Shown piece by piece: positions 54,701 through 55,902 of a stretch of DNA of 55,902 bases. Below the pieces are notes generated by a model. That model had not been told where the DNA came from. It saw nothing but the letters and a program-made list of their open reading frames with translations, and made no database searches. Origin of the DNA: Chitinophagaceae bacterium (GTDB lineage Bacteria; Bacteroidota; Bacteroidia; Chitinophagales; Chitinophagaceae); contig JAICHT010000001.1 in NCBI GenBank assembly GCA_025924755.1, positions 1 to 55,902 on the forward strand, given 5' to 3'. The position numbers were made by a program, and so were the translations under genes. Every line of letters starts with the position of its first letter. Position 1 is the stretch's first letter.

Positions 54701-55459
54701 TATTCCTTTTACCGCCCCTCGTTTTGCAGTAAGAAACTGCGCCCAGAAATGAATATAGAGCAATAGTAAAATGAATGCGGTAACCTGGAGCGCTATAGTG
54801 ATGGCATCGCTTTCCGGCAACTGGCTGTAAGAATGCAAGCGGTTTATATAAAATAGCAAGCGGTGATGTAAAGAATAAAGCGCATAGCGTGTTTTTACAT
54901 CAGAAATAAAAATCTTTTGTATGGCATCTTCATCGTAAGCAAAATGCTTGTGCAGGTAATTGGTTTCTAAAAAGTATTGGTATAATATAGGGATGAGCGC
55001 ATATGCGGTTACCATATTGCTCATGCCCGACAGCCGGATGGTTTTTTTCACCATTAAATAATAGCCATTGGCCAGGTACTGAAAATACTCGCCGTCCGCT
55101 AGTGTATAATCGGCCACCGGAGGCACTATCTTTTGATTGTTCCAAAACAAAAGTTCCTGCTGTCCGGATAGCGTTTCTGCAAAAATAAAAACACCATACT
55201 CTTTTTCCGACAAGCTTTTAAAGTCGTTCAGCGATTCTCTTTTTAAAATAAGCCGGCGCATTAAAACCGAATCGCTTATTAAACTTTCATAATCTCTCTG
55301 CTGGTGCAGGATATAGTTTTGAAGCCGGCGCTGCTCATGCGCCACCGATAAATCTTTTCTAAAATAAAATGCGGAAATGAGCGATAATATAAATACTACG
55401 GCTGCCGCAATCAGCAAATTGCGTTTAGGCAAATAGTTATTGATGGACGATAGTTTCAA
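51698..55459 (-). CDS. Large multi-TM sensor histidine kinase (HAMP-HisKA-HATPase, NtrY-like core)
   Basis: DEIGQLVEQYNKM HAMP, WREMARQVAHEIKNPLTP H-box, NAIDA, DNGEGI, GTGLGL; probable TTG start overlapping the mazG TGA (TTGA). Confidence 0.9.
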   Translation of the reverse strand: MKLSSINNYLPKRNLLIAAAVVFILSLISAFYFRKDLSVAHEQRRLQNYILHQQRDYESLISDSVLMRRLILKRESLNDFKSLSEKEYGVFIFAETLSGQQELLFWNNQKIVPPVADYTLADGEYFQYLANGYYLMVKKTIRLSGMSNMVTAYALIPILYQYFLETNYLHKHFAYDEDAIQKIFISDVKTRYALYSLHHRLLFYINRLHSYSQLPESDAITIALQVTAFILLLLYIHFWAQFLTAKRGAVKGILFLATILISVRLMLYILPDVFQFKHFELFSEYIFSDKLLNRSLGDLLLNAILFCWLVVFAWYNIGPIGHLPAFLKGRRIWIAGILDLFFFVVATFKLADIVRSLVTHSKISFDVSNFFSLNIYSVIGFVVLALISLGYYYFTRLLFKFIFAAFGRRTYSIYFIIPLLGLGFLSFTHNNDLILFHLPVLAWIIIYTLLFSREQFIINRFKITVAGILFWIFIFSVSLAVLILNENRKVEWVRRMELAKSLDQRTDPSNQNTLSIALTYLNNRFLLNNFSRFQNKQESRYLRDSILNENFAGYISGYNTKLYLFDSLGRGVHNDDPESYDEMNTIISVQSKPTNIPDLYYHEISYGSVTYITKREIKDSTHRVGTFFVLSTPKQFSSDALYPELLRSSKQTSVENSQIYSYAVYDNDTLRASSNIYPFVRSLTAQQMPKAEFERRINDGNDELWYRANNKRVVVIAKKQNSIIESITLFSWLFCAFLFMIAVLQLMAVILQTGNDWRAINALWQLNIRSQVHSIVIFISLISFVIIGISTISFFIGRYTRNNIDRLSKTANIMVSEMQKRLSNDDSTFYNLFTGNDSAANYNLQKLIDEVADIHGVDINVYDTLGDLKISSDKNVYNKGVLSNKMHPEAYFHLSRLKEVQYVHLEAMSSLEYLSIYAVVRDKNWNVRAYLNIPYFTSQIDLNQEINNFLVTVIDLNAFIFLIAGVVALFITNTITRSFSVIGDKMKAITLGKTNEEIVWARNDEIGQLVEQYNKMVHQLEQSAEALARSEREGAWREMARQVAHEIKNPLTPMKLSIQYLQRAVNNNQPNVKELTGTVANTLVEQIDHLSKIAADFSQFANIGNKNIEVFDAQTVLAGLLSLYRANPKVEIIWRKVRGQVMMEADKTHMNRLFTNLLTNAIDACSNKERCVINIDEQKGDGVILFKIKDNGEGIPDEVKSKIFTPNFTTKTSGTGLGLAMCKSIVEQAGGTIRFETERGVGTTFFVTLPLIS

Positions 55460-55902
55460 CCTTTTTGTTGTTTGATTTCGTTCCAAATAGCATCCATTTC
55501 TTCTAAGTTCATATCGGCGATGTGTTTACCAGATGCAGCAGCCCGTTGTTCTATTTGCGTAAAGCGGTATGTAAACTTTTTGTTTGTCAGTTCCAGTGCA
55601 TTTTCGGCATCTACCTGCAAGAACCTGGCAAAGTTAATTATAGAAAAAAGCACATCACCCAGTTCGGCTTCCATCTTGTGCTGGTCCTTTTCGGTTATAG
55701 CTTCCTGCAGCTCTGTTATTTCTTCTTCTACCTTTTGCCATACCTGTTCTTTATTCTCCCATTCAAAACCTACTTGTTTTGCTTTTTCCTGCAGGCGCAT
55801 GGCTTTTACCAGGGCTGGCTAGGCTTTGGGCACACCGGCTAAAACAGAGTTTTTTCCTTCCTTTAGTTTCAAGGCTTCCCAATTTCGTTTTACCTCTTCA
55901 TC
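55456..55902 (-). CDS. mazG: Nucleoside triphosphate pyrophosphohydrolase MazG, 3' part, interrupted by an in-frame TAG at 55819-55821
   Basis: EEVKRNWEALKLKEG..SVLAGVPKA*PALVKAMRLQEKAKQVGFEW...KVEEEITEL...AELGDVLFS...KFTYRF...MDAIWNEIK; runs off the window edge. Confidence 0.88.

Noticed and set aside
55819-55821. Genome-wide TAG reassignment or pyrrolysine readthrough
   Set aside because: TAG is the normal stop of several full-length genes in the window, and the position is a conserved Leu.

Overview
Chromosomal window from a Bacteroidota bacterium, most likely Chitinophagaceae. Evidence: TAnnTTTG-type promoters, T9SS cargo and PorP genes, and a tmRNA tag (A)GESNFAMAA. About 1-25.4 kb and 44.5-55.9 kb are ordinary core genes: ABC ATPases, pduO-type adenosyltransferase, fabI, recN, nif3/zinc-ribbon, M32 peptidase, a ~15-PKD T9SS type-B cargo with its PorP/SprF partner, rlmI, grpE-dnaJ, hpt, a LysM amidase, rseP, dxr, rplU-rpmA, polX, a large sensor kinase and mazG. 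Between them, directly downstream of the tmRNA gene (44051-44421, minus), is an ~18 kb accessory block of co-oriented xylan/hemicellulose enzymes (CE1-CBM48-CE1, CE6, GH51, GH10, two GH43, GH39, GH127/146, GH95) with no SusC/SusD or regulator. Most of its long 'intergenic' gaps hold decayed gene fragments that the ORF track misses: two CBM48-esterase stubs, a CBM6-type C-terminus, a GH8 C-terminus, a T9SS CTD, and possibly a recombinase tail. It reads as a pruned, ssrA-anchored former PUL/island. Other items worth checking: an in-frame amber codon in mazG, a monocistronic 62-aa H1-like K-x-x-x repeat protein with a perfect 55-bp duplication, a nearly cargo-less T9SS CTD protein, a palindrome plus sigma54-like motif before grpE, a heptamer VNTR in the rplU promoter, and a polymerase-dead PolX. 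I found no CRISPR array, intact mobile element or clear new defence system. All family calls come from motif recognition by eye, not database searches.
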